Shown: positions 1-8,426 of the stretch, piece after piece
How the letters are laid out: every line of letters begins with the position of its first letter
Numbering within the stretch: the stretch's first letter is position 1
Source: an uncultured Rhodopirellula sp.
GTDB lineage: Bacteria; Planctomycetota; Planctomycetia; Pirellulales; Pirellulaceae
Length of the DNA stretch: 20,000 bases
Assembly: GCA_964007735.1 (NCBI GenBank)
Contig: CAXGAI010000023.1
Coordinates: forward strand, 49,687 to 69,686
Reading direction: 5' to 3'
Position numbers and translations under genes: made by a program
Notes under the pieces: model-generated
Seen by the model: only the letters and a program-made list of their open reading frames with translations
What the model was told of the DNA's origin: nothing
The model's database searches: none

Positions 1-2155
1 GAGAAACTGCTTTTCCCGTAATACTCGAGGACTCACCATAAACAAGAAGTTTAAGGATCTCCGAATTGATCGACGCATTAACCGACGGGAACTCCGCTTC
101 CAAACGACTGCGAATTTGTTCGGCATCTTCAGCATCCGCCTCACCAAGTCGCATAAATATCAGACCGTAAACACGAAGCCACAGAATCTGTTGTGTCTCG
201 GTCAAACTATCAAAAGGGATGGAATATATTTTATCCAGCAATGGCTCTCTCGCGTCCTTGCCCGCTACACGCACCATCGCTAGCATGCCATTGAGGGCCG
301 TATCTACACTTGCAGCATTTAACACAGGCTCCCGCCACAGATCCAACGGTTGATGCTCCAACGCAATTCTCGCGGCGTACCGAATCAACCTATCGTCATT
401 ACGCAACTCGGGGATTGCAGCTTGAACAGCATCTTGCCCAATCGGCATGTGCAAAGATTCTAGGGATCTTCTCTTACTGCGGGCTCCAAAGTCGTTCTCA
501 TCACTTAACGACGTCGCTGTACTCTTAGTGCCCTTATAGGTAACACGATAAAGACCGGCCTTAGTCCTCCGCCCGCCGATCGTGAAATATAACGCGCCAT
601 CCCTAGCGCCCACCACCACGTCAGTAAGAGGAAGAGGAGTTCCTGATACAAATTCCTCAAGTTCCCCCCGATAGGTCGATCCATTCGGCTTCATATGCAC
701 CGCGTAAAGCTTCCCATAACTCCAATCGCAAATAAACAACGCCTCCTGATACTTACTAGGAAACTTAGTTCCGTAACCAAAGCACACCCCCGTTGGAGAA
801 CCCGGGCCCACATTGACGACCGGAGGAACACTATCTGGGAAATATACCGGCCATTTACCTGACCCATTGCGCCAACCAAATTCCGCTCCGCTAACTACAT
901 GGCAAATCCTTGTTGGGCGGTACCATGGCGTATTGACATCCCATTCCATGTCAGCGTCGTAGGCGAACAGTTCACCTTCTCGGTTATAAGCTGCGTCAAA
1001 CTGATTTCTAAAACCGGTCGCTAACAGTTCCCAGCGGGTCCCGTCAGGGTTGACCTTAGCAATCCATCCCCCTGGTGCAGGGACGCCTTGCATAAACCCT
1101 CGACCGTACGTGCGTTCATGAAGTAAATCCTCATCCCAAACCAATGGAACACGAGACTTGTCAAACTCAGTCAGTTTGGTTGCGTTACCGCAAACGACGA
1201 CCAGATGTTCACCATCAGGATGGGGAAGAATTGCGTGAGGCCCGTGCTCGCCACCCCCTTTTATTTCACGAAGAAACTTAACATCGTCTAGTTCACCATC
1301 GCCGTTGGAATCTTTCACTCTATACAAACCCGATGGATATTTGTTGCCACCATTAACCATTACATAAAGTGAATCAAACGCCCACAAAAGGCCATGTGCC
1401 ATTCCAAGGTCAATGTCGATCCTCTCAACAACCGTTTCCGCGGGAGCCGCGCCGATTGCGGACGGCGTGATCAAATAAAGACTTCCATATTGATCAGAGA
1501 CGACGAGGCGACCATTCGGCAACGCACACATATTTACCCACGAACCCTGGGTATCTTTTGGCACGTCGTAAAGCAACTCGACTTCGAACCCTTCGGCAAC
1601 AACCAGGCTTTCCGTTCCCGTCGCGGTTAGTGATTTCAAAGGGATGGCTGCATCGAGAATCTCCATCGTGACCTGCGGCCATGCGCCTTTTCCAAGCGAA
1701 CCTGCAATCTCCACAGGCTCAAACGAGGCAGGAACTTTTAGGTCAGTCTTCCAGCCGTCCACTTCCGATAAATCACCGTGCCAACTGGCGTCTGTGACGA
1801 TACGTATGTCACGGGTATCCAATTCAAGATCTAACTTCGCAACAAAGCCTGCCGGACCTTCTGCTTCGGCATTGGATGCTACCACCGCGATGACATTATT
1901 ACCACGCTTTAGATAGTCCTTAACCTCCTTACCGGTTGGACGGTTAAAGTTATCGTTACTGGCGACTTTAACACCATTGATATACACGTGTGCCAGATTA
2001 TCGCAGGCAAATGCCAGTTTAGCGCCGCCAAAACGCCCACTTGGTATAACAACATTCCTTCGGAGATAGACGTACTGATTAAGTGCCGTGGTATTGTTAT
2101 TGCCGTGCCAAATCCATTGCGGCGTGACTTTTGTTACTTTTTTTTTGAATGGTGC
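1..2155 (-). CDS. Partial reading frame (runs off the left edge) for a PVC-type membrane-associated dehydrogenase / heme-binding protein family member: N-terminal 'PQWIW' beta-sandwich domain, sorbosone/glucose dehydrogenase-like beta-propeller, HEAT-like repeats. Probably the 3' part of the DUF1080 gene at 2134-2820, joined by a frameshift
   Basis: Read by hand: the minus frame is free of stops from 2155 to 1 (bounded by TAA at 2158-2156). It translates as KVTPQWIWHGN..YLRRNV..AFACDNLAHVYINGVKV..GNNVIAVVASN..GPAGF..IVTDASW, then GFEVELLYDVPKDTQGSWV..VSDQYG..GGGEHGPHA..GFRNQFDAAYNREGELFAYDADMEWDVNTPWYRPTR..GAEFGWRNGSGKWP..GPGSPTG..CDWSYG..PLPLTD..DGALYFTIGGR, then NDDRLIRYAARIALEHQP. The first in-frame GTG (1987) and ATG (1666) lie inside or after the first domain. 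A CxxCH motif is not visible; if present it lies beyond the window edge. Confidence 0.85.
2134..2146 (-). other. Frameshift/slippage site: A9 run with an in-frame A_AAA_AAG heptamer immediately followed by TAA
   Basis: The + strand has 9 T at 2138-2146. The minus strand reads TCA AAA AAA AAG TAA. A -1 shift (or one extra A) gives TCA AAA AAA AAA GTA ACA AAA GTC ACG CCG CAA TGG ATT TGG, which continues into the long downstream frame. Confidence 0.8.
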
Positions 2156-2820
2156 TTAATTTGCAAGTCTTTAAATTGAATTGTCATAGGGCTGCCTGCG
2201 TGGATTTGTAAGGCGAGCAGGCCTTCGTCTTCACGGTTCTTTTCGTCACTATCAGTAACCTCGACGGTGACCTTACCGTTAATTCGGTGGACTAACACAT
2301 TTCCCACACAGCTGATTTCAATCGTATTCCATTTTGAGAGATCTTCTTTAATTACCTCGTCTGTTTTTCCCGTTATTTGTACTTTACCTTCGGATGTTGC
2401 TGTTACCTTCTGCCCTCGCTGTGCGACAATACCTCGTCCACCTTCGTCATATAGCATACCGGTATACGCCGCGTTTCCATGAATATCGGCCTGATAACCC
2501 CTGACACGATATGCGTCCTCGTCGCCAAACCTCTCGCTACGATATTGCACTCCCGAGTTATTATCGCCGATCAACCGAAACTGGGCTCTAAATGTAAAGT
2601 CCTTAACCTGGCCGTCCCAAATCAGAAACTTGTTATGGGCGATCGGAGCATTTTTGAGTGTCGTGCCAGTAATCGCTCCATCTTTCACCGACCATAATTC
2701 CTTATCCCCGCTCCAACCACTGAGGTCTTCACCGTTGAACATGCTTTTGAACTCTTGCGCATGCAATAAGGGCACGCTGAAAATAATCAGAACAAACGCG
2801 AACGGAATGTTTAATTTCAT
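2134..2820 (-). CDS. DUF1080 (3-keto-disaccharide hydrolase/lyase family) domain protein with signal peptide; N-terminal part of a frameshifted fusion
   Basis: Sec-type signal (MKLNIPFAFVLIIFSVPLLHA). DUF1080 motifs: MFNGEDLSGW, WSVKDGAITG, NNSGVQYRS, GYQADI, WNTIEI, HRINGKVTVE, GLLALQIH, IQFKDLQIK. Confidence 0.9.
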   Translation of the reverse strand: MKLNIPFAFVLIIFSVPLLHAQEFKSMFNGEDLSGWSGDKELWSVKDGAITGTTLKNAPIAHNKFLIWDGQVKDFTFRAQFRLIGDNNSGVQYRSERFGDEDAYRVRGYQADIHGNAAYTGMLYDEGGRGIVAQRGQKVTATSEGKVQITGKTDEVIKEDLSKWNTIEISCVGNVLVHRINGKVTVEVTDSDEKNREDEGLLALQIHAGSPMTIQFKDLQIKHHSKKK

Positions 2821-2874
2821 TGTTTACCGAAACCTTGAGATGTAGAGTTGCCGATTGAGATTAGAACCTAACTG

Positions 2875-2895
2875 CCCAAATTATACCCAAATTAT
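2875..2895. promoter_or_regulatory. Perfect 10-bp direct repeat (CCCAAATTAT x2, 11-bp period) containing a minus-strand TATAAT -10 candidate at 2885-2880
   Basis: The sequence cccaaattat-a-cccaaattat lies in the divergent intergenic region, about 60 nt upstream of the ATG at 2820. I found no convincing -35. Confidence 0.4.
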
Positions 2896-3006
2896 CACGC
2901 TCTGGTGCTAGACTGACTTTTTATTGGGGTCGGCTAGCAGTAACCGTAGTTCTGCCTAAAATATAAAGGACACGCCAACACCTTCCCTTCGACAAACGAA
3001 AATACT

Positions 3007-4194
3007 ATGACGCCACTAGAAGCTATGAAAGATTTTGATTCTCGTTTTCCAGCGATGGCAGACCTGCGTTACCGCGCTCAAAAGCGAATGCCCAAATTTG
3101 CTTTTGAATATTTAGATGGCGGGTGCAATGAAGATGTTAATTTAGACAAAAATATTACCGATATTCAGCGAGTAGAACTTGAACCTCGTTACCTAACGCC
3201 TCCACCTTCTTACGATATCGGCACCACGCTATTCGGCGAGACCTACAGTGCGCCGTTCGGTGTCGCCCCGGTTGGGCTTCAAGGCCTGATGTGGCCAAAC
3301 TCCCCGATTGTGCTTGCAAAAGCGGCTCGACGACACAACGTCCCGTTTTGCCTGAGCACTGTAACAACAGCCTCTATTGAACAAATTGCGGAAGCGACGC
3401 AGGGTAAGGCATGGTTCCAACTGTATTACCCTGCTGAAGACAGAATTCTTTTCGATATCATGGATCGCGCGAGCAGTAACGAATACAAGGTCTTCGTGGC
3501 ACTGGCAGACGTTCCTACGTTCGGGTATCGACCGCGTGATATCCGAAATGGCCTGGCAATGCCTCCGAAAATGACCCTTGCTAATATCCTACAAATGTTC
3601 CTTCATCCAACCTGGGCGTACAACTCACTAAGATATGGAAAACCTAACTTCAACTCACTTGAAAAATATATGGGTGGGAAGATGAATCTTAAACAGCTAG
3701 GTAAGTTCATGAACGACACGTTCAATGGTCGATTAGACATTGAAAAACTGAAGGTTTTACGTGACCGCTGGGACGGTAAACTCGTTGTCAAAGGAATTGT
3801 GAATGAATCGGACTGCGAAGAAGTCATCAAATTAGGTATCGACGGTATCATCGTATCCAACCATGGTGGTCGCCAACTCGACGCCGGCCAGTCCACCATC
3901 GTACCTCTTGCCAAACTTGTGGAGAAGTTCAAGGGAAAATTGACCATCATGATGGATAGTGGTATTCGCAGTGGACCGGACATTGCGCGGACCATTGCAA
4001 CGGGAGCAGACTTTACGTTTATGGGGCGATCATTTATGTACGGGGTAGGCGCTCTGGGAAGTCGGGGCGGCAATCATGTCATGGCTATGATGAAGCGACA
4101 GCTTCAACAAGTTCTCGAACAACTTGGTTGTCCGAACGTCCAGCAATTACCCAATTACCTAATTCACACGGCTAGTGACGGCTCATCTGTCTGA
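3007..4194 (+). CDS. lldD: FMN-dependent alpha-hydroxy acid dehydrogenase/oxidase (L-lactate dehydrogenase-like)
   Basis: Family motifs FEYLDGG, PFGVAPVG, AWFQLY, LVVKGI, catalytic SNHGGRQLD, DSGIRSGPDI, GRSFMYG. Alternative start ATG at 3025. L-lactate specificity is inferred from the family. Confidence 0.88.
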   Translation: MTPLEAMKDFDSRFPAMADLRYRAQKRMPKFAFEYLDGGCNEDVNLDKNITDIQRVELEPRYLTPPPSYDIGTTLFGETYSAPFGVAPVGLQGLMWPNSPIVLAKAARRHNVPFCLSTVTTASIEQIAEATQGKAWFQLYYPAEDRILFDIMDRASSNEYKVFVALADVPTFGYRPRDIRNGLAMPPKMTLANILQMFLHPTWAYNSLRYGKPNFNSLEKYMGGKMNLKQLGKFMNDTFNGRLDIEKLKVLRDRWDGKLVVKGIVNESDCEEVIKLGIDGIIVSNHGGRQLDAGQSTIVPLAKLVEKFKGKLTIMMDSGIRSGPDIARTIATGADFTFMGRSFMYGVGALGSRGGNHVMAMMKRQLQQVLEQLGCPNVQQLPNYLIHTASDGSSV

Positions 4195-5448
4195 TTCAAA
4201 ATCAAACCTGAGCAAACTACTTTCTGTCCGGATGAAGATAGCATCTTTACTCAATGCCGGAGTGGCCATCACACTTTCATTTAATTCACTTCTACCAAGT
4301 TCATGAAAACGATCTCCGGCGGCTATCACGACCACGGCTCCATTACGATCAATCGAGAGAATACGGGAACCGATTGCGACCGGTGATGCAAAAAACTCTC
4401 CGCCTATTCTGGCAAGCCATTGTTGTTTTCCACTCTCCAGGTCGAGGCAGGAAACAATCCCCCGATCCGTCCAACAATATAGACTCCCTTCTAACGCGAG
4501 CGGCGTAGGACAGTGGGGTACGTTGCGCGTGGTTCGGAAGTGCTCCACGGCCTCATGACTATCACTCACTTGATCGGGTTTTAAGGAAACTAAAGTTCTC
4601 ACGCCATTGGTAAAACCGCTAGCAGCGATAACCTGATTACCCGCGATGATGGGAGAGCCAACCGCTCGCTGATTATGCTCTCCAAAAACAATATTCTGCC
4701 AGATGACTCTACCACTCCGGAAATCCACCCCAACCATCCCTTGATAGGAATGACTAAACACAATCTGGGTCTCACCCGCCGAAGTCGTAAACACCGCCGG
4801 TGTGGAATACCCTGTTCGTTGTGTTTTACGGGCCGTCTGCCAAAGACGTTTTCCATTGCTAGCTGTCACTGCTAACAAAAAGCTTTCAAATTTTTCGTTG
4901 TCATGACTCAAGAATACCGCTCCGTCATGAACAATCGGGGACGTTGCCGCTCCCGTCCCGGCCCCGAACTGGCCCACTTCATACTGCCATCGTTTCTTAC
5001 CGAAATGATCAAGCGCTATTAATACGGAACCTTCTTCCGACTGCCAAAACACATAAACACCAAGCGCATCGGCACAAGGCGAAGAACTGGCGAATCCGTT
5101 ACGTTTATTCGTGTTGTAGGTCCTAAAGGGTGATTGAAATTTCCAGGTGAGCTGGCCGGTCTGCAATGAATAGGCAAAAAGTGTTCGCATACCCTTTTTT
5201 GTCTCGTCGTCGAACGTCGCAGCGCTCACATAAACATTGTCCCCGCCTATGATCGGAGATGAGTTTCCTTTTCCCGTAATCATCACGTTCCAAGTGGCAT
5301 CTTCTTTTGAGAACGTTGAAGGGAGGGTTTTTCCAACCACCAACCCTGAGGCGTTTGGGCCACGAAATCGGCCCCACTCGGACCCTGAAGATAGGCTCAC
5401 AAGCAACAACACAAAAAGAAAGACAAACGCTTTAATAACTAATTTCAC
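4183..5448 (-). CDS. PQQ-binding-like beta-propeller repeat protein (BamB-like family, abundant in planctomycetes), exported
   Basis: Signal peptide, then EWGRFRGPNASG, GNSSPII, ASSSPCAD, ATSPIVHDG, GYSTP, GEFFASPV, MATPALSKDAIFIRT with repeated G-x-x-x-W blade ends. GTG start overlaps the stop of the upstream PhoD-like gene. Confidence 0.88.
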   Translation of the reverse strand: MKLVIKAFVFLFVLLLVSLSSGSEWGRFRGPNASGLVVGKTLPSTFSKEDATWNVMITGKGNSSPIIGGDNVYVSAATFDDETKKGMRTLFAYSLQTGQLTWKFQSPFRTYNTNKRNGFASSSPCADALGVYVFWQSEEGSVLIALDHFGKKRWQYEVGQFGAGTGAATSPIVHDGAVFLSHDNEKFESFLLAVTASNGKRLWQTARKTQRTGYSTPAVFTTSAGETQIVFSHSYQGMVGVDFRSGRVIWQNIVFGEHNQRAVGSPIIAGNQVIAASGFTNGVRTLVSLKPDQVSDSHEAVEHFRTTRNVPHCPTPLALEGSLYCWTDRGIVSCLDLESGKQQWLARIGGEFFASPVAIGSRILSIDRNGAVVVIAAGDRFHELGRSELNESVMATPALSKDAIFIRTESSLLRFDFESDR

Positions 5449-7081
5449 TTCGTTTTAACTTTCGTGAATGAATCGCTTTTCCGTCAATATTTATCACAGT
5501 GTATTCGACGGTCGGATCGTCCAACTTAGTATTGAACTTGACTAAACCGAACGACTGCTTTTTGTTATAGGAGAATTCTGCGGCCGGCAGCTCCGGGTGA
5601 ACATGCTGATTGGTAAGCCTTGAACTGTTGAATTCATAGAGCGGATAGACGCCATCATGGTCTATCTTCCAGAGGTCACTACGATGTCTGTCCGCGGACA
5701 TCAGTAGAACCCCGTCCTTATTCGTCTGTGCGATTACATCGAGGATTTCGTTTCGCTCGTGTTTAAAGCCGTTCCAGGTGTCCTTACTGTCTCCTTTCGC
5801 GCCAAAAACCCACGGCACGGGAGAAACCAACACGGTAAAAGTGCCTTTTGAATCCGTAATGGTATTCTTGAGCCACTTCAGTTGCTCGGCTCCTAACATG
5901 GTGGGACGACTTCCATCATTGGGTTTTAGATCACGATAAATCCGGCCGTCGGTCATGATGAAATGCACATCGCCAATATAATAATCGTACCAAACGCCTG
6001 GCTGTTTGGCCCCGCCACCGTATGACGGGTTTACCCAGTTATTCCGAAAGACATTCCAAACTGGAACTTTCCAGTCGGGTGCCTTTATTTCCGGGCCTCC
6101 TTGGCAATCATTCGTCCCAAAATCATGATCATCCCAAATAGTATAAACCGCGACCTTTGATACAAGCTCTCTAAATTCCGGACGAGATTGACGACGGTAA
6201 TAGCAGTAGTGCTGCATCTCGGGAATTTCCGGTGCGTCGCTATAGACATTATCTCCTAAGAGCATCAAAACATCCGGGTTCGCTCTACCAATCGTCGTCC
6301 ACATATACTCATGTTGAGGAACATACCCTGCGCCGCCGCCAAATGCGACATCGAACTCGACTGCACTGCCCTTTTCAGCCAGAGTGCTTGTCGCGAAAAG
6401 ATCCCGATGATCTGGAATACAATCCAATTGAACGGAGTATTGATATTCTGTATTAGCTTTAAGTCCTGTCAATTCGACAACAACGGTAAAGTCCTTCGCG
6501 GACGTACTTCGACCCGTGCCCACAGTCACAACTTCCGGTTTGGTTTTTTCCCAGCAACGGATCCGCACCTTCGTTTCTTCGAGCGTTCGAAGCCAGATCG
6601 ATAACCCTTCGCCGGAATTCTGCCCAACCATGGGTCCGTGGACGATTCCACTTTGAATCCCGTCAAATAAGCTTTCAAATGCCTCGTTACCACGGAGTGC
6701 TTCCAGGCCCGTTTTCGTGCCACCTCGAAATCGGGATGGTTCGAGGCCCAATTGCAATGCGTTACGGACATCCTCAACTGCTAATTCCAGCATGCCTAGT
6801 CTGGCATGACAAACTGCCTTCATGTAATGAGATTCGCCGTCTTTGGGAACCACACTTAGAATGACTGCCAGTTCATCCAAAGCCTGTACTTCCTTACCTT
6901 CGACAATTTTTTTAAGGATTTCCTGATGGACTCGTTTGTATTGTGTGAATTTACGCTCTACCTTCTTTGCTGCTTCATCATTCTGTTGTTGTGTCGATTT
7001 GATACGTAGTTCAGCCTCTGTCAAGGAAGCCGTTAATAGCACAATCATTAAAGCGAAAGCTATTCCTACTGCAGATTTCAT
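5432..7081 (-). CDS. phoD: Alkaline phosphatase D (PhoD)-family metallophosphoesterase with N-terminal TPR-like helical region
   Basis: HGPMVG, Fn3-like VELTGLKANTEYQY, LLGDNVYSD, IWDDHDFGTND, FIMTDGRIYRD, TMLGAEQLKWL, DTWNGF, SADRH. TPR-like ESHYMKAVCHARLGMLELAVEDVRNALQLG. Start placed at ATG 7081 because AAGGAGG lies just upstream and a signal peptide (MKSAVGIAFALMIVLLTASLTEA) follows. Confidence 0.85.
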   Translation of the reverse strand: MKSAVGIAFALMIVLLTASLTEAELRIKSTQQQNDEAAKKVERKFTQYKRVHQEILKKIVEGKEVQALDELAVILSVVPKDGESHYMKAVCHARLGMLELAVEDVRNALQLGLEPSRFRGGTKTGLEALRGNEAFESLFDGIQSGIVHGPMVGQNSGEGLSIWLRTLEETKVRIRCWEKTKPEVVTVGTGRSTSAKDFTVVVELTGLKANTEYQYSVQLDCIPDHRDLFATSTLAEKGSAVEFDVAFGGGAGYVPQHEYMWTTIGRANPDVLMLLGDNVYSDAPEIPEMQHYCYYRRQSRPEFRELVSKVAVYTIWDDHDFGTNDCQGGPEIKAPDWKVPVWNVFRNNWVNPSYGGGAKQPGVWYDYYIGDVHFIMTDGRIYRDLKPNDGSRPTMLGAEQLKWLKNTITDSKGTFTVLVSPVPWVFGAKGDSKDTWNGFKHERNEILDVIAQTNKDGVLLMSADRHRSDLWKIDHDGVYPLYEFNSSRLTNQHVHPELPAAEFSYNKKQSFGLVKFNTKLDDPTVEYTVINIDGKAIHSRKLKRSEISY

Positions 7082-7091
7082 AAGCCCCTCC

Positions 7092-8426
7092 TTATTTGGG
7101 TGCGGTGGTCGGTTGTTTTGTAGCACTCGATCTGTTCCGAGCGATAATCACCGCCAACTCCGATTCTAGCCCTTTGACAATTGCCTGATAATTACCTGCC
7201 AAATTATTCATCTCCCCAAGATCCTTGTGGAGATCAAAAAGCGCTAGGTGATTCAGTTTTTTCTGTGGCAGCATTAATTTCCATTTACCTCGTCGGATAG
7301 TACTTTCGTTCCACACTACCGTCCGTTCGACCACGACTTGAGGAGACCTGATCGCCCTTGTGAGGTTATACCCGTCTGGCTTGCGGCCGACCGACCCAGA
7401 CAGGCCAGTAATCCCCAAAATTGTTGGCATCCAGTCCATGGACATGGCTAATTGGTGGCTGACACGACCTTTCGGGAAGCCTGCCGGCCACTGGACAACG
7501 CATGGAACCCGATGGCCGCCCTCAAAATCGGTACCTTTGGTGCCACGTAGCAGACCGTTATCACCTAAGGAGGTCGCCCCGTTATCAGAGCAGAATATAA
7601 CAATTGTGTTATCGAGGATCTCGTTACGGCGTAAGCATTCCAGAATCTCTCCAACCCCCCTATCCATCTCCAACACCATCTCACGATAGGCTTGTTTTTT
7701 GTCTTCGCGACTACCGTGATTATTGAATTCACCACCGACGGTTCTGTCAGCTTTGTCATTTGGTCCCTGATACGGATAATGCGGTGCTTCATGAGGTACG
7801 TAGAGAAAAAAGGGCCGTCTATTAGCATGTTGGTCGATAAACCCGACCGCATGCCTCGTAATCAAATGCGTCGAGTACCCAACTTCCGTCGTCAGTTTCT
7901 GGTCATGCCACCAGTCCGCATTCCCAGCCTGATCAATATGAGATATAAAATCAACATTGCCACTCAGGTACCCGATGAAATGATCGAATCCATGACGTAC
8001 CGGGTTGTACCGGGGATAATAGCCTAGGTGCCATTTACCGTAGATTCCTGTTGCATAACCAGCAGACTGCATAATTTCCGGCCAGGTCACCTCCCTATCC
8101 TGAAGCCCAGCAAAATGTGCCTTATTCTGTTCTGCCGCGACTACTACACCTGAAATTCCGACCCTTTGCTGATAGAGTCCAGTCATTAGTGCAGCGCGTG
8201 TCGGGCTGCAGACATTCCCATTGGAATGATAATCACTGAAACGCACGCCGTTTATGGCGATTGAATCAATACTCGGTGTCTTTATCCAGCCGTCATAACA
8301 GCTCAGATCTCCGTAACCCAAGTCGTCCGCCATGATTAAAACAACATTCGGCTTATCCTCGGCGGTTACGGCCATGGGTGTGAAAATGCACCAGCAACTC
8401 AGCGCGGTCAGCAAACTCCTAATCAC
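7092..8426 (-). CDS. Cys-type (formylglycine-dependent, S1) sulfatase, exported
   Basis: KPNVVLIMADDLGYGD, CSPTRAALMTG, GKWHLG, EAPHYP, SDNG, LRGTKG..EGGHRVP. Signal peptide present. Confidence 0.93.
   Translation of the reverse strand: MIRSLLTALSCWCIFTPMAVTAEDKPNVVLIMADDLGYGDLSCYDGWIKTPSIDSIAINGVRFSDYHSNGNVCSPTRAALMTGLYQQRVGISGVVVAAEQNKAHFAGLQDREVTWPEIMQSAGYATGIYGKWHLGYYPRYNPVRHGFDHFIGYLSGNVDFISHIDQAGNADWWHDQKLTTEVGYSTHLITRHAVGFIDQHANRRPFFLYVPHEAPHYPYQGPNDKADRTVGGEFNNHGSREDKKQAYREMVLEMDRGVGEILECLRRNEILDNTIVIFCSDNGATSLGDNGLLRGTKGTDFEGGHRVPCVVQWPAGFPKGRVSHQLAMSMDWMPTILGITGLSGSVGRKPDGYNLTRAIRSPQVVVERTVVWNESTIRRGKWKLMLPQKKLNHLALFDLHKDLGEMNNLAGNYQAIVKGLESELAVIIARNRSSATKQPTTAPK

Noticed and set aside
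1666..1987. Independent start for the left-edge gene at GTG 1987 or ATG 1666
   Set aside because: Either start would cut through or delete the PQWIW beta-sandwich domain and leave no signal peptide. Fusion to the DUF1080 ORF explains the frame better.
310..2179. Short ORF-track entries over the first 2.2 kb (310..528, 691..879, 1394..1630, 1494..1682, 1644..1916, 1988..2179)
   Set aside because: They are shadow ORFs overlapping the long minus-strand frame <1..2155, which has recognisable family motifs. None of the short ones does.
7082..7126. N-terminal extension of the PhoD ORF (MLQNNRPPHPNKEGL)
   Set aside because: It overlaps the upstream sulfatase. The AAGGAGG SD and the signal peptide support ATG 7081.
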